From the NCBI GenBank assembly GCA_019058445.1, contig JAHPZA010000003.1:452919-516918 (forward strand): a stretch of DNA of 64,000 nt, in the 5' to 3' direction. The translations under genes were made by a program, and so were the position numbers. Origin of the DNA: Promethearchaeota archaeon (GTDB lineage Archaea > Asgardarchaeota > Lokiarchaeia > Sigyniarchaeales > SOKP01). The notes beneath the pieces are model-generated. The model did not search any database. It was not told the DNA's origin and saw nothing but the letters and a program-made list of their open reading frames with translations. Positions 1-9,565 of the stretch are shown piece by piece; the stretch's first letter is position 1; every line of letters begins with the position of its first letter.

Positions 1-1175
1 TTTAAAGGGTATTTCCTATATTTTTCAATAGCAGCTCTTAGTGCTAAGATATTTTCCCAAGGGGCATTTAGAATATTGTGACTCGGTCCAGCAAAATAAC
101 CTCCACATTGAGCAGCTGCTCTAATGCATCTCTTTACTTCCTCCTCAACATCTTTTGGAGTTCCAAAATTAAGTATATTAGAACCGTCAATACCACCTAG
201 AAACACCACACTATCACCTAAAGTTTCTTTTAAATGAGCGAGATCCACTCCTGCTGCGGGCTCAAGGGCTTGGATACCATTCAATCCCGCCTCAACCATA
301 TGAGGTAATAGTTTGTCTATATATCCACAGGAATGTTGAATAATGAACATGCTATTTTTCTTAGCCGCTTGATAAATCTGTCGGTAATATGGCAGAATAA
401 ATTCTTTAAATTGCTCAACTGAAAAAATAGATCGCTGTTTCATGCCTAAATCATCTTCATAAAACACGATGTCGACGCCAGCTTCTGCTAGCCTCTTAAT
501 TATTTCCAAGTTAACTTTCGTGAATTCATTCATTACTTCATGTATAAACTGGGGGTCTTTTCTCATGTAGTAGGCTACTCTCGTTATCGTCATTCCTTCG
601 AATAATGATTCATGCATACTAATAGGTAGCAAAGCCATTGGATACAAATAATTTGATAGTTTTTCCACAAAATTATCCCAAATATCAGGAGAATAGTTCA
701 TTTTATTATTAATGAACTCAATAGGTTTGCCATATTTATCCCAATATTCATGTACAATTTCTGGGGTTTTAAAATAACCATTCTCGTACCATAAATACAT
801 CAAACCAGTATTAATTTGAGGAGCAATTTTCCAAATTCTTCCGTCATATGGTAACATAACACATTCAGGAAATTCAGGAGGTGCCTTGATCGGTTTCATT
901 TTAAATTTATCAATTCCCCAAGGATCCAATGAATGGAGGTCTGCGTTCCAGAACCGTAATTCGATTATACTCCCTGTAATTCCCATAAGTACTTTGAACT
1001 TCATTTTTAAAACCTCATTTTCTATTCCCGCTCTAATATTCTTGTATTCTTCCGATTTTATAAAATACTGGTTAGAACTTCCCGTCCATTCAAATCCTAA
1101 ATGGTGAATTGGCACCATATCGGGCTCTTCAAGCTCTAAAGTTCTGATTACTCTTTCTCTTTTTGAAAGTGCCAT
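1..1175 (-). CDS. Uroporphyrinogen-decarboxylase-family (MtaA/CmuA-like) cobalamin-dependent methyltransferase, 3' end cut by the window edge
   Basis: Not in the ORF track because there is no stop in the window. Manual translation from ATG at 1175 gives MALSKRERVIRTLELEEPDMVP...IQHSCGYIDKLLP...GGYFAGPSHNILNAPWENILAL...KYRKYPL. HxC Zn motif and URO-D-type termini; divergent from a corrinoid protein gene. Confidence 0.85.
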   Translation of the reverse strand, partial: MALSKRERVIRTLELEEPDMVPIHHLGFEWTGSSNQYFIKSEEYKNIRAGIENEVLKMKFKVLMGITGSIIELRFWNADLHSLDPWGIDKFKMKPIKAPPEFPECVMLPYDGRIWKIAPQINTGLMYLWYENGYFKTPEIVHEYWDKYGKPIEFINNKMNYSPDIWDNFVEKLSNYLYPMALLPISMHESLFEGMTITRVAYYMRKDPQFIHEVMNEFTKVNLEIIKRLAEAGVDIVFYEDDLGMKQRSIFSVEQFKEFILPYYRQIYQAAKKNSMFIIQHSCGYIDKLLPHMVEAGLNGIQALEPAAGVDLAHLKETLGDSVVFLGGIDGSNILNFGTPKDVEEEVKRCIRAAAQCGGYFAGPSHNILNAPWENILALRAAIEKYRKYPL

Positions 1176-1344
1176 ATGCAAATATATACCTTATGATTTA
1201 AAAAAAGTTTTTAGTCGAATGCTTGAAAAAATAGTGATTTAAAAATAATAAAAATCTATTCAAAATCCTTTTCGATAAAAAAAAAATAATTAATAATTCT
1301 TTCACTCTAAATATTATATAATCAAAAAATATCGGTTTAATATT

Positions 1345-1980
1345 ATGGATTATGAACAATTAACAGAACTTATAGTAGAATTGGAGCTCGATGATATTGC
1401 GGATGCAGTAAAGGAGGCCCTTGAGGCGGATGGGAAAGACCCATTTGATGTGTTATCCGCACTTACTGCAGGAATGGATGAAGTAGGGCGGCGATATGAT
1501 GATGAGATTTATTATTTAGCAGACTTAATGCTGGCAGCAGAGACTATGAAGGTTGCATTAGATGTTTTGAAACCGGAATTAGCTTCATCTGAAAAAGTGA
1601 AAGAGAAAGTAAAAATCGTTATCGCAACCGTTAAAGGAGATAATCATGATATCGGGAAGAATTTACTTGGAATATTATTGATGAGTGAAGGATTTGAAGT
1701 ATACGATTTAGGTAAAGATGTGGATGCTGAAGCTATTGTGGCAAAGGTAAAAGAAACAGGTGCTACAATCGTTGGTTTGAGTTCACTCTTAAGTATGACT
1801 GTTCCCCAAATTGAAGTTGTTCATGAAGCACTTAAAGCTGCGGGGTTACGAGATAAAGTGAAATTAATTGTTGGTGGAGCGCCTCTAAGTATGGATCTAG
1901 CCAAGCAATTTGGAGCAGATGATTTTGCCGAAGATACGATTAAAGGAATTTCACACATAAAAGATTTAGCTGGAATCTAA
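1345..1980 (+). CDS. Corrinoid (B12-binding) methyltransferase protein, MtbC/MttC/MtaC-like
   Basis: B12-binding cap domain plus DxHxxG motif (GDNHDIGKN), SxL and GG motifs (GLSSLLS, IVGGAP). Confidence 0.93.
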   Translation: MDYEQLTELIVELELDDIADAVKEALEADGKDPFDVLSALTAGMDEVGRRYDDEIYYLADLMLAAETMKVALDVLKPELASSEKVKEKVKIVIATVKGDNHDIGKNLLGILLMSEGFEVYDLGKDVDAEAIVAKVKETGATIVGLSSLLSMTVPQIEVVHEALKAAGLRDKVKLIVGGAPLSMDLAKQFGADDFAEDTIKGISHIKDLAGI

Positions 1981-2018
1981 TTTTTTCATTCCTTTTTTCT
2001 TATTTTTTCTATTTTTTT
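1981..2018 (+). terminator. Archaeal T-rich terminator
   Basis: Several T tracts immediately after the stop at 1980, between convergent genes. Confidence 0.55.
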
Positions 2019-2121
2019 AAAATCAAGGTCTTTTGAGGTTCTTTATAAACTTTCGAGCAAGATCATTATTGAATTTATAAATTAGATTAATTATTAAAAT
2101 AAAAAAAATTGATTAATTGCG

Positions 2122-3543
2122 TTAAATTACACCTTTTTCTTTAAGCATTTGTAGATATTTCGCTTCTTTTTCTTCATGTATTTTTTTTAATTCTTCTTTT
2201 TGTTTCATCCATTCGGGACCTCCGAGAGGATAAAATTTTACACAAAGTCCTCCAATTAAAAGTACTATTCCCGGAATAATAGTAAAGGCCAGCATTATAC
2301 CAAGTTGTGCGTTAGCTGTTTGAGTTGATGCATGTTCATTAAATCCAAAGGCCAATACGACCCAAATAAAAACAGCTGGTGCAATAGATATAGCTGGTTT
2401 CTGCACAAGCGCTTCTATACCGGCATAAGTTGCTTCCCTTCTTTTACCAGTCTTTAATTCATCGTAATCAACCACATCCCCAAAAACCATCTGTACCATA
2501 AGATAAAAACCTGAAAATGCTGCTCCTAATACCATTAAACCGATGAAAGCTGTTATATAGACCCAACCTATTAGAATAAATGCTGTAAAACCAATTCCTA
2601 ATATGATAAGGGAAGTCATAAACGCATTTTTAAGGCCTATTTTCAATACGACTTTATTCCACACAGGAAGGAACAAAATAAGCATCAAAAAGAATACTAG
2701 GATCGGGAGAAGAGCTAAAAGTCCTCCGACTTGAAGGACAAAATCAAGATAGTAAAAGACAGCAGTACCAAGAACTTGTTGAGCAAAATAGAAGCAGAAA
2801 TAAGGAATCAAATACAAATTAAAAGCCTTATTTTTAAAGGTGGTTTTAATACCTTCGATGAATCCCATAGGTTCTTCCATTACCGTAAATTTATTTTCTG
2901 TTATGTAATATGAACTTGCGAATAATGCTATTCCACAAATAATACCAATAATAGTCATTAATATTATTATATCAAGATTGATTCCTTTCCGTTCTGTTCC
3001 AGTGAATAGAAGTATAGGTACAGCCAGCGAAAGAAAACTAGCAATAGTAGATGCAACACCTCCATAAGTCATTAAGTTACCACGAGCTTTCGAGGATATG
3101 GCCATCTCTGCTGGAAGGAGCCATGTGATCATCAATATAATTGTTATCATTGTATCAATTGCAAAAAGAACAAATACGAAATAAAGGAACAGGGCAAATT
3201 GATCGTTAATATCGACTAATGGGATCCAACATATAATAAAAGTTAGTGCAAAAAATGGAGCACCAAATCGAATCACCGGAATTCTTCTTCCATATTTTTC
3301 GCTGTGTATTCTATCTTCTAAATATCCTATTATTGGATCATTGAGAGTATTCCATACCAAGAAAATTACCCATCCTATGGCAATCCATGTTGCTGATAGC
3401 CCTAAGATAATATTGTAATAGTATGTTATTGCGACCATTGAAATATTTCCTAAGATGCTGCCTGCTAATTGAGCACCTCCAAATGCCATTTTCGCACTTC
3501 TTGGAAGTTTCTCTTCAAATTCTTCAACAACACTCATTTTCAA
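2122..3543 (-). CDS. MFS GPH-family (MelB-like) sugar:cation symporter
   Basis: About 12 TM segments; WNTLNDPIIGYLED, YGRRIP and DVVDYDELKTGKRREATYAG motifs. Confidence 0.9.
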   Translation of the reverse strand: MKMSVVEEFEEKLPRSAKMAFGGAQLAGSILGNISMVAITYYYNIILGLSATWIAIGWVIFLVWNTLNDPIIGYLEDRIHSEKYGRRIPVIRFGAPFFALTFIICWIPLVDINDQFALFLYFVFVLFAIDTMITIILMITWLLPAEMAISSKARGNLMTYGGVASTIASFLSLAVPILLFTGTERKGINLDIIILMTIIGIICGIALFASSYYITENKFTVMEEPMGFIEGIKTTFKNKAFNLYLIPYFCFYFAQQVLGTAVFYYLDFVLQVGGLLALLPILVFFLMLILFLPVWNKVVLKIGLKNAFMTSLIILGIGFTAFILIGWVYITAFIGLMVLGAAFSGFYLMVQMVFGDVVDYDELKTGKRREATYAGIEALVQKPAISIAPAVFIWVVLAFGFNEHASTQTANAQLGIMLAFTIIPGIVLLIGGLCVKFYPLGGPEWMKQKEELKKIHEEKEAKYLQMLKEKGVI

Positions 3544-3662
3544 TCACTTTTGTTGTTTTTTTATGAAAAATAAATATATTAACATTTTTTTTAAAAATAT
3601 TTAAATTTATTTAATTGTCTTTTTTTTCGAAGCAATAAAATTGTTAAATGCTGATTTGAGAA

Positions 3663-4661
3663 TTAATCAAATCGATTAACGAGTTCTTGTCGAGCTACTT
3701 GTAGATTCATAGGTGGTAAACCTTTTAATAGAGCTTCCACATCGTCAGTGACCATGCGACCTATATTTCGACGTGCTTGTAAGGCAGAACCAGCCATATG
3801 GGGGGTGAAAATTATATTTTTGGCCTTGCGAACAGGATGATCCTTAGGTAATGGCTCTACAGGAAAAACATCAACAGCTGCTTTAAACCTATTATCATTA
3901 GTTAATTCTATAAGAGCATCAAAATCGATTAAATGAGCACGACTTAATAATATTAAAATAGAGTCACTTTGAATTTTTTGTAGCTTTTCGCGTGAGAGAA
4001 GAGCTTTATTTTCAGCTGATGGTATTGCTAATACAAAAATAAATTTAGACGTTTCTAAGAGGGTTTCTAAAGTGACTGAAGATACTCCTTGTTTCTTGAG
4101 ATAGCTACTTGGAAGCCATGGATCATATGCTTGAATCTTACATCGAAAGGGCTCAAGCAATGGTTTAAACGCTCGAGCGAGATTGCCATATCCAATTATT
4201 CCTACAACTTGGTCATACAGTGTAGAAACATTCATATTCTGCCACTTTTCAGTTCCTGACCTTAAAGCTCTATCTGATTCTACTATATCGCGTGCAGCAG
4301 AGATTGCCAGCCCTAATCCCATCTCTGCTACCATTGGGGCGAATGCGGGTGCACAGCTTAAAACCCGGATATTCCGTTCAAAGCAAATATCATAATCAAG
4401 TACTTTAGGTGAAGGATGTTGTCCACCAACTTCAATAATCGCTTCTAAATTTGGTGCACTCTCCTTATCGACCGACCCATAGCGCCAGAAGCCAGTAATA
4501 ATAATAGAGGCTTCTTTCTTAGCCTCTTTCCATTCTTTTTTCGGCATCTTCTTATCCTTACCCCAGATTATTTCCGCTGTGCTTTTTAATCGTTCTAGAT
4601 CTTCGGAATAAAAGATAGTATGCAAGGTACGGAAATAGGGATCTAATAGTATTTTTTTCAT
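3663..4661 (-). CDS. D-isomer-specific 2-hydroxyacid dehydrogenase
   Basis: GIIGYGNLA, YDPW, SRAHLID, AVDVFPVEP and TPHMAG motifs. Confidence 0.9.
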   Translation of the reverse strand: MKKILLDPYFRTLHTIFYSEDLERLKSTAEIIWGKDKKMPKKEWKEAKKEASIIITGFWRYGSVDKESAPNLEAIIEVGGQHPSPKVLDYDICFERNIRVLSCAPAFAPMVAEMGLGLAISAARDIVESDRALRSGTEKWQNMNVSTLYDQVVGIIGYGNLARAFKPLLEPFRCKIQAYDPWLPSSYLKKQGVSSVTLETLLETSKFIFVLAIPSAENKALLSREKLQKIQSDSILILLSRAHLIDFDALIELTNDNRFKAAVDVFPVEPLPKDHPVRKAKNIIFTPHMAGSALQARRNIGRMVTDDVEALLKGLPPMNLQVARQELVNRFD

Positions 4662-4680
4662 AATTTTTAAAACTTAATCT

Positions 4681-5046
4681 TTAATTTTCTTCTATAAATA
4701 TTTTTTTTATAAAATTAGGAGCCATAAAACCAAAATAAAAGAAAATAGCACCTATTATATTAACTACTCGTGTAATAACAATTAAGAGAGATCTCGTAAT
4801 AATTATTGCTTCAAGAAATATACTCACAAATATAAAAATAAACCCTAAAAATATGAAATTCCCTTTTAAAATAGTCAAATTATTCCCGGACTTAAGACAG
4901 TTAAAAACAAATAGAAATCCGGTTATCATTATAATTGAAATATAGATTACAAAATATATGTTTATTAAGTCAAACCAAACCATATAATGACCTCTTCTGA
5001 ATTCTCCTATTGAACTAGGATTCGTGAAAAAAGTGTAATAATAGAT
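4681..5046 (-). pseudogene. Probable 5'-truncated membrane protein
   Basis: The track ORF 4681-4983 has 3 TM. Its frame stays open for 21 more codons (IYYYTFFTNPSSIGEFRRGHY) up to a TAG at 5047-5049 with no ATG/GTG/TTG, which looks like the C-terminal half of a larger multi-TM protein. Confidence 0.5.
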
Positions 5047-5092
5047 CTAGGATTATAAATATATTATTTTTTATTTTATAATTTATTATATA

Positions 5093-6157
5093 ATGGTAAA
5101 TTCTAATATGGTAAATTCTTTAGAGTTAACACTTTCGAGCATTAAGGGCATACCAGAAATAATACCTTTTAATCCATTTATCATGCATTTAGCAGCTTCA
5201 ATTATAAATGTGGATTATAATCAAGAATATTGTAGAAATCCAGATAATTTAGTAAAAGGCCAAATAAAATGTTCTGAATTCTTCGGAATAGACCATGTAA
5301 ATGTTTCGACAGATGCTTATCGCGAGGCTAATGCTTGGGGAGTTGAAATTAATTGGGAAAGCCATACTCCTGTTGCGAATACTCATCTAAGAATCGATGA
5401 CTTTGATTCAATCGATCCTCCCGATTTAACTTCAAATATAAGAATCATGAATAGAGTTAATGCGGTAAAAAAACTAGCTCAAAAGATTGGAGGGACACAA
5501 TGTATAGTTGGTTGGATTGAGGCTCCTTTTGCCGAAATCTGTTGTTTATTTGACTTAATTAATGTTTTAAAATTATGCAGATATGATGATTGGGAAAAGC
5601 AAATTAAAAATTTAATAAATAGAATCCTTCCAATACAAAAGGAATTTGCTGAGATGCAGATTGAAGCAGGAGCTAATATAATTGGAGCTGGCGATTCGGC
5701 AATTTCTCAAATTGGGCCTAAAAGATATGAAAAATGTTGTTTATCAGATACTAAAGACTTATTCAACCACATTCAGAAGAAAGTTCCCGTATTATATCAT
5801 ATATGTGGTGATAACTCTGTAGTGGACAAGGATGGTAGAGATATGTTAAATTTAGTATCGAGCACTAATGCCGCTATATTGGATTTAGATTATCAAGTTG
5901 ATTTAAAAATGGCAAGAGAAAAAATAGGAAAAAACAATTGTATAAGAGGAAATACTAATACCCAAATATTGGGAAGTACAACTTATTCCGCGTTGGATGT
6001 AATAACCGAAGTATCTAAAACTATAAAAATAGGAAAACCGGGAGGAATGTATATGTATGCTGCAGGATGTGAATGGCCTTGGGAACCAAAAGAGATGGCA
6101 ATCCGAAACCTTAGTATAGCTAAGGCTTTAGTTGAAGAAACAGGAAAATATTCATAA
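5093..6157 (+). CDS. MtaA/CmuA-family methylcobamide methyltransferase (URO-D fold)
   Basis: GWIEAPF, GDSAISQIGP, YHICG (HxC), GNTN and AAGCE (third Zn ligand) motifs. The start may be the second ATG at 5108. Confidence 0.88.
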   Translation: MVNSNMVNSLELTLSSIKGIPEIIPFNPFIMHLAASIINVDYNQEYCRNPDNLVKGQIKCSEFFGIDHVNVSTDAYREANAWGVEINWESHTPVANTHLRIDDFDSIDPPDLTSNIRIMNRVNAVKKLAQKIGGTQCIVGWIEAPFAEICCLFDLINVLKLCRYDDWEKQIKNLINRILPIQKEFAEMQIEAGANIIGAGDSAISQIGPKRYEKCCLSDTKDLFNHIQKKVPVLYHICGDNSVVDKDGRDMLNLVSSTNAAILDLDYQVDLKMAREKIGKNNCIRGNTNTQILGSTTYSALDVITEVSKTIKIGKPGGMYMYAAGCEWPWEPKEMAIRNLSIAKALVEETGKYS

Positions 6158-6327
6158 AGATAATTCATCAAAGACTATGGATATATGATCATTTCGCTCA
6201 ATCTTAAATTATGATCTGAGATTACTTTCTATTAATATCAAATTTAGATTAATTATCTAAAATTCTGGTATTTATAATTCAGAAGTTATTAATTAAGATA
6301 TTATTTAAATTAAAATAGTGGTGTAAA

Positions 6328-7308
6328 ATGAATATTAGACTTGATAAAAATGAAATGCCTGAACCTCCGCCAAGAAATATCATTGAGGAGATTAAACTAA
6401 GTATTGACCAAATTAATCGGTACACTTCTCAAAAAGAGGTAAATAGATTAATTGAAATGTTATCTGAATATGCAAATGTGCCTCTAGAATCATTAATATT
6501 AAGTTCAGGCTCAGATATTCTGATTAAGGAGTTTATTTATCTTTTTTCAAAAGGACGTCAAATCATTATCGTAGATCCAACTTTTTTCTTAATTTCGAAT
6601 GCCGCTCAGAAAACATCCTCTCCGATATTAAAAGTTCGACTAAAAGAACCAAAATTTAATTTCCCTTTAGAACCTTTACTTGATGAAATTAATAAACCGA
6701 CACTGATAATTATAGATAATCCTAATAATCCGACGGGAAATTTGCTCTTAGATAAAAATAAAGTAAAAATGTTGTTGGAAAATGAGCACTTGATAATATT
6801 AGTTGATGAAGCATACTTTGAATTTTCCAGAGTTGGTGTTGCTGATTTGATAAGAAATTATCCCAATTTAGCTGTTTCTAGAACCTTATCTAAAGCTTTT
6901 GGATTGGCTGGTTCGGGAATAGGTTATTTAATCGCGGGAGAATTAGTTCAACAAAGATTCTCTGGTCTTGAAATTATGCTTCCTTATCCAAGTATAATTG
7001 CGGGAATTCAAGCTTTAAAAAATAGGGAGTATATGAAAGAATTTATAAAAGAAGTTAACCAAGAAAAGAAGAGGGTCATGAAACTATTATCTGAACTAGG
7101 AATCATTGTGTATCCAAGTTATACAAACTTTTTGTTGATAAAATCAGAAATTCCTGATTTGGCTCAAAAATTAGAGAAAAAAGGGATCTACGTTTCGAAT
7201 TTATCTCACTATTCATTAAGTGCAGAATTTATTAGAGTAAGTATTGGCTCGAAAATTGAAAATGATAATTTTGTAAATATTTTAAGAGCCATTATTGAAA
7301 ATCATTAG
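6328..7308 (+). CDS. Class I/II PLP aminotransferase, HisC/CobD-like
   Basis: RLDKNE, NPNNPTG, DEAY and RTLSKAFGLAG (PLP lysine), NFLL and IRVSIG motifs. Confidence 0.85.
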   Translation: MNIRLDKNEMPEPPPRNIIEEIKLSIDQINRYTSQKEVNRLIEMLSEYANVPLESLILSSGSDILIKEFIYLFSKGRQIIIVDPTFFLISNAAQKTSSPILKVRLKEPKFNFPLEPLLDEINKPTLIIIDNPNNPTGNLLLDKNKVKMLLENEHLIILVDEAYFEFSRVGVADLIRNYPNLAVSRTLSKAFGLAGSGIGYLIAGELVQQRFSGLEIMLPYPSIIAGIQALKNREYMKEFIKEVNQEKKRVMKLLSELGIIVYPSYTNFLLIKSEIPDLAQKLEKKGIYVSNLSHYSLSAEFIRVSIGSKIENDNFVNILRAIIENH

Positions 7309-7744
7309 CTCATTAATGCTTTCTTAATTCTCTATAAAATTCATCAGGATCATCAATTTTTAATATTAACAATTCCAATTTCTTATCGATTCCTAATTAA
7401 TTAGCAGTTTATGTGACTTTATTATTTTGGAATATCTATATTTTTGTTAAGAACAAAATCACACATTTCGAAAAAAGGTTAATTGCATCTTCTCGAGATA
7501 TATTATTCATTAATTCAATCCTACCTTTGAAATTCCTGACCATTTTCCTATATTTTTTCTTCGAATCAAATTACTTATTTGTTTGGATTTATAATTTACA
7601 TACTTCTAACGTAATATAGGAAACTTAAAGCTATTAATAGTCAATTTTAATAAATTTATAAATAATGTGTCTTTAATGAATTTCAGTCCGAAATATACAT
7701 AAATCATTAAGTGATTTTAAATCCAAATTAAATGGTGAAAAAAT

Positions 7745-8626
7745 TTGAAACTTTTAGAAGACAAAAAGTCCTTAATCACAGGTAGTGGAAGAGGGATTGG
7801 AAAAGCTGTCGCGATTGAATTCGCCTTAAATGGAGCTGATGTAGCTATTACAGCTCGCTCTGAGAATGAATTGAATCAAACTCTAAGGGAAATTGAAAAT
7901 TATGGTGTGAAGGGTCTTAGGATTCCTGCCGATCTTTCCACTATAGATGGAGTTAATCAATGTGCTAATACATATTTAAAAGAATTTCAAAAATGCGATA
8001 TTTTAGTTAATAATGCGGGATATAGTCAATATTGTTCTATTATGGATTATTCTGTTGAAGATTTTCAATATTTATTTAATCTGAATGTCATGAGTTATTT
8101 TTTGATGACAAAATGTATGCTTCCTGGTATGATTGAACAAAAGAGTGGCAAAATCATTATGACAGCTTCATCAGCAGGAAATTTGGCTTTTCCTGCAAAG
8201 AAATTTGCATATGCTGCAACAAAAGCGGCAGAATCAGCTATGGGAAAATGCCTAGATGCTGAATTAGGTGTATACAATATTCAAGTGAATACCATATGCC
8301 CAGGTCCAATCGAAACTAAATTATTGAAAGATAATAGAACATGGGGAGCTGTTTATCCTGAAGGTATGGCACCTGAAGTTATATCACCAATGTATTTATT
8401 TTTTGCAAGTGACACTATAAAACGCCCATATAGAGGAAGAGTAATTGATCAATACTTATTTTCTGAATTACTCTCAACTCTAAAAAAAGAGGTTAATAGT
8501 GATGATTTTGATATTAAGGAGCTATTAAAGTCTATGAAAGAGAAACTTAAAAAAGACTCTTATACCTTATTTAGAAAAAATCAGGAATTAGCAGAATTTA
8601 TGCTTAAATACAATAGAGATAAATAA
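7745..8626 (+). CDS. Short-chain dehydrogenase/reductase with C-terminal helical extension
   Basis: TGSGRGIG, NNAG, YAATK; TTG start preceded by GGTGA. Confidence 0.92.
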   Translation: MKLLEDKKSLITGSGRGIGKAVAIEFALNGADVAITARSENELNQTLREIENYGVKGLRIPADLSTIDGVNQCANTYLKEFQKCDILVNNAGYSQYCSIMDYSVEDFQYLFNLNVMSYFLMTKCMLPGMIEQKSGKIIMTASSAGNLAFPAKKFAYAATKAAESAMGKCLDAELGVYNIQVNTICPGPIETKLLKDNRTWGAVYPEGMAPEVISPMYLFFASDTIKRPYRGRVIDQYLFSELLSTLKKEVNSDDFDIKELLKSMKEKLKKDSYTLFRKNQELAEFMLKYNRDK

Positions 8627-8662
8627 TTTAATATTAATAAATAAAACTAATAATGTGATTGA

Positions 8663-9541
8663 ATGAAATTATTAGATGGAAAAATAGCTTTAATAACTGG
8701 TGGGGGAAGAGGAATTGGAAAAGCTACGGCACTTGAATTTGCCAAAAATGGTGCAAATGTTGTAGTTGTCTCTAGAACCGAAAATGAACTAAATCAGACT
8801 GTTAAAGAAATTGAAAATTATGGTGTAAAAGGTATTGCAATTCCAGCTGATTTGTCCAGGGTTGATGGAGCTAAAGACTTAGTTAATAAATATTATAAAA
8901 CATTTGAAAGATGCGATATTTTGGTAAATAACGCTGGAATGACTCATTTTGCAAGCGTAGTTGATTATCCTCTTGAAAAAGCAGTAAAATTATTCAATGT
9001 GAATCTTATTTCCTATTATGTCATGATAAAATTGATCTTACCTGGAATGCTTGAACAAGGAGGGGGTAATATTCTATTAACCTCATCACCACAGGGAACC
9101 ATTTATTTTAGCAGTCATAAAGTGGCCTATTCTGCCTCTAAAGCTGCTGTTATGGCAATGGGAAAATGTTTACAAAATGAGGTGGGAAGACAAAACGTAC
9201 GGGTAAATGTTATCCTGCCAGGAGCAATCCATACCCAGATGATGGAAAATCTAATAGAATGGGGTCAGAATTTCCCTGAAAAGGTACCCCCAGAGAAAAT
9301 AGCTCCTTTATATCTCTTTTTGGCCAGTGAATCCTCTAAGCGAAAATACAAAGGAAAGGTTATAAATCAGTTAATGCTTAACGAAATAGTGAATACTATT
9401 CAAACTGAATTAGGAAGTAAGGAATATAAAATCAGAGAAATTATAGATCTTATGAAAGATACACTAAATAAAGATCAACATACAATGTTGAGAAAAAATC
9501 AAGAGCTTTTTGAATTTATGCTCAATTATAAAACTATATAA
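8663..9541 (+). CDS. Short-chain dehydrogenase/reductase, tandem paralogue of 7745-8626
   Basis: TGGGRGIG, NNAG, YSASK; shares the C-terminal RKNQELxEFML motif. Confidence 0.92.
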   Translation: MKLLDGKIALITGGGRGIGKATALEFAKNGANVVVVSRTENELNQTVKEIENYGVKGIAIPADLSRVDGAKDLVNKYYKTFERCDILVNNAGMTHFASVVDYPLEKAVKLFNVNLISYYVMIKLILPGMLEQGGGNILLTSSPQGTIYFSSHKVAYSASKAAVMAMGKCLQNEVGRQNVRVNVILPGAIHTQMMENLIEWGQNFPEKVPPEKIAPLYLFLASESSKRKYKGKVINQLMLNEIVNTIQTELGSKEYKIREIIDLMKDTLNKDQHTMLRKNQELFEFMLNYKTI

Positions 9542-9565
9542 AATAAATCAAGGGTGAATAGAAAC

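Noticed and set aside
886-1107. Track ORF of 73 aa on +
   Set aside because: Antisense shadow of the methyltransferase gene at 1-1175.
7313-7619. Track ORF 7413-7619 (+) and a minus-strand fragment GIDKKLELLILKIDDPDEFYRELRKH* (7313-7393)
   Set aside because: The + ORF has no RBS or motif. The minus fragment may be a decayed gene but is too short and stop-ridden to call.
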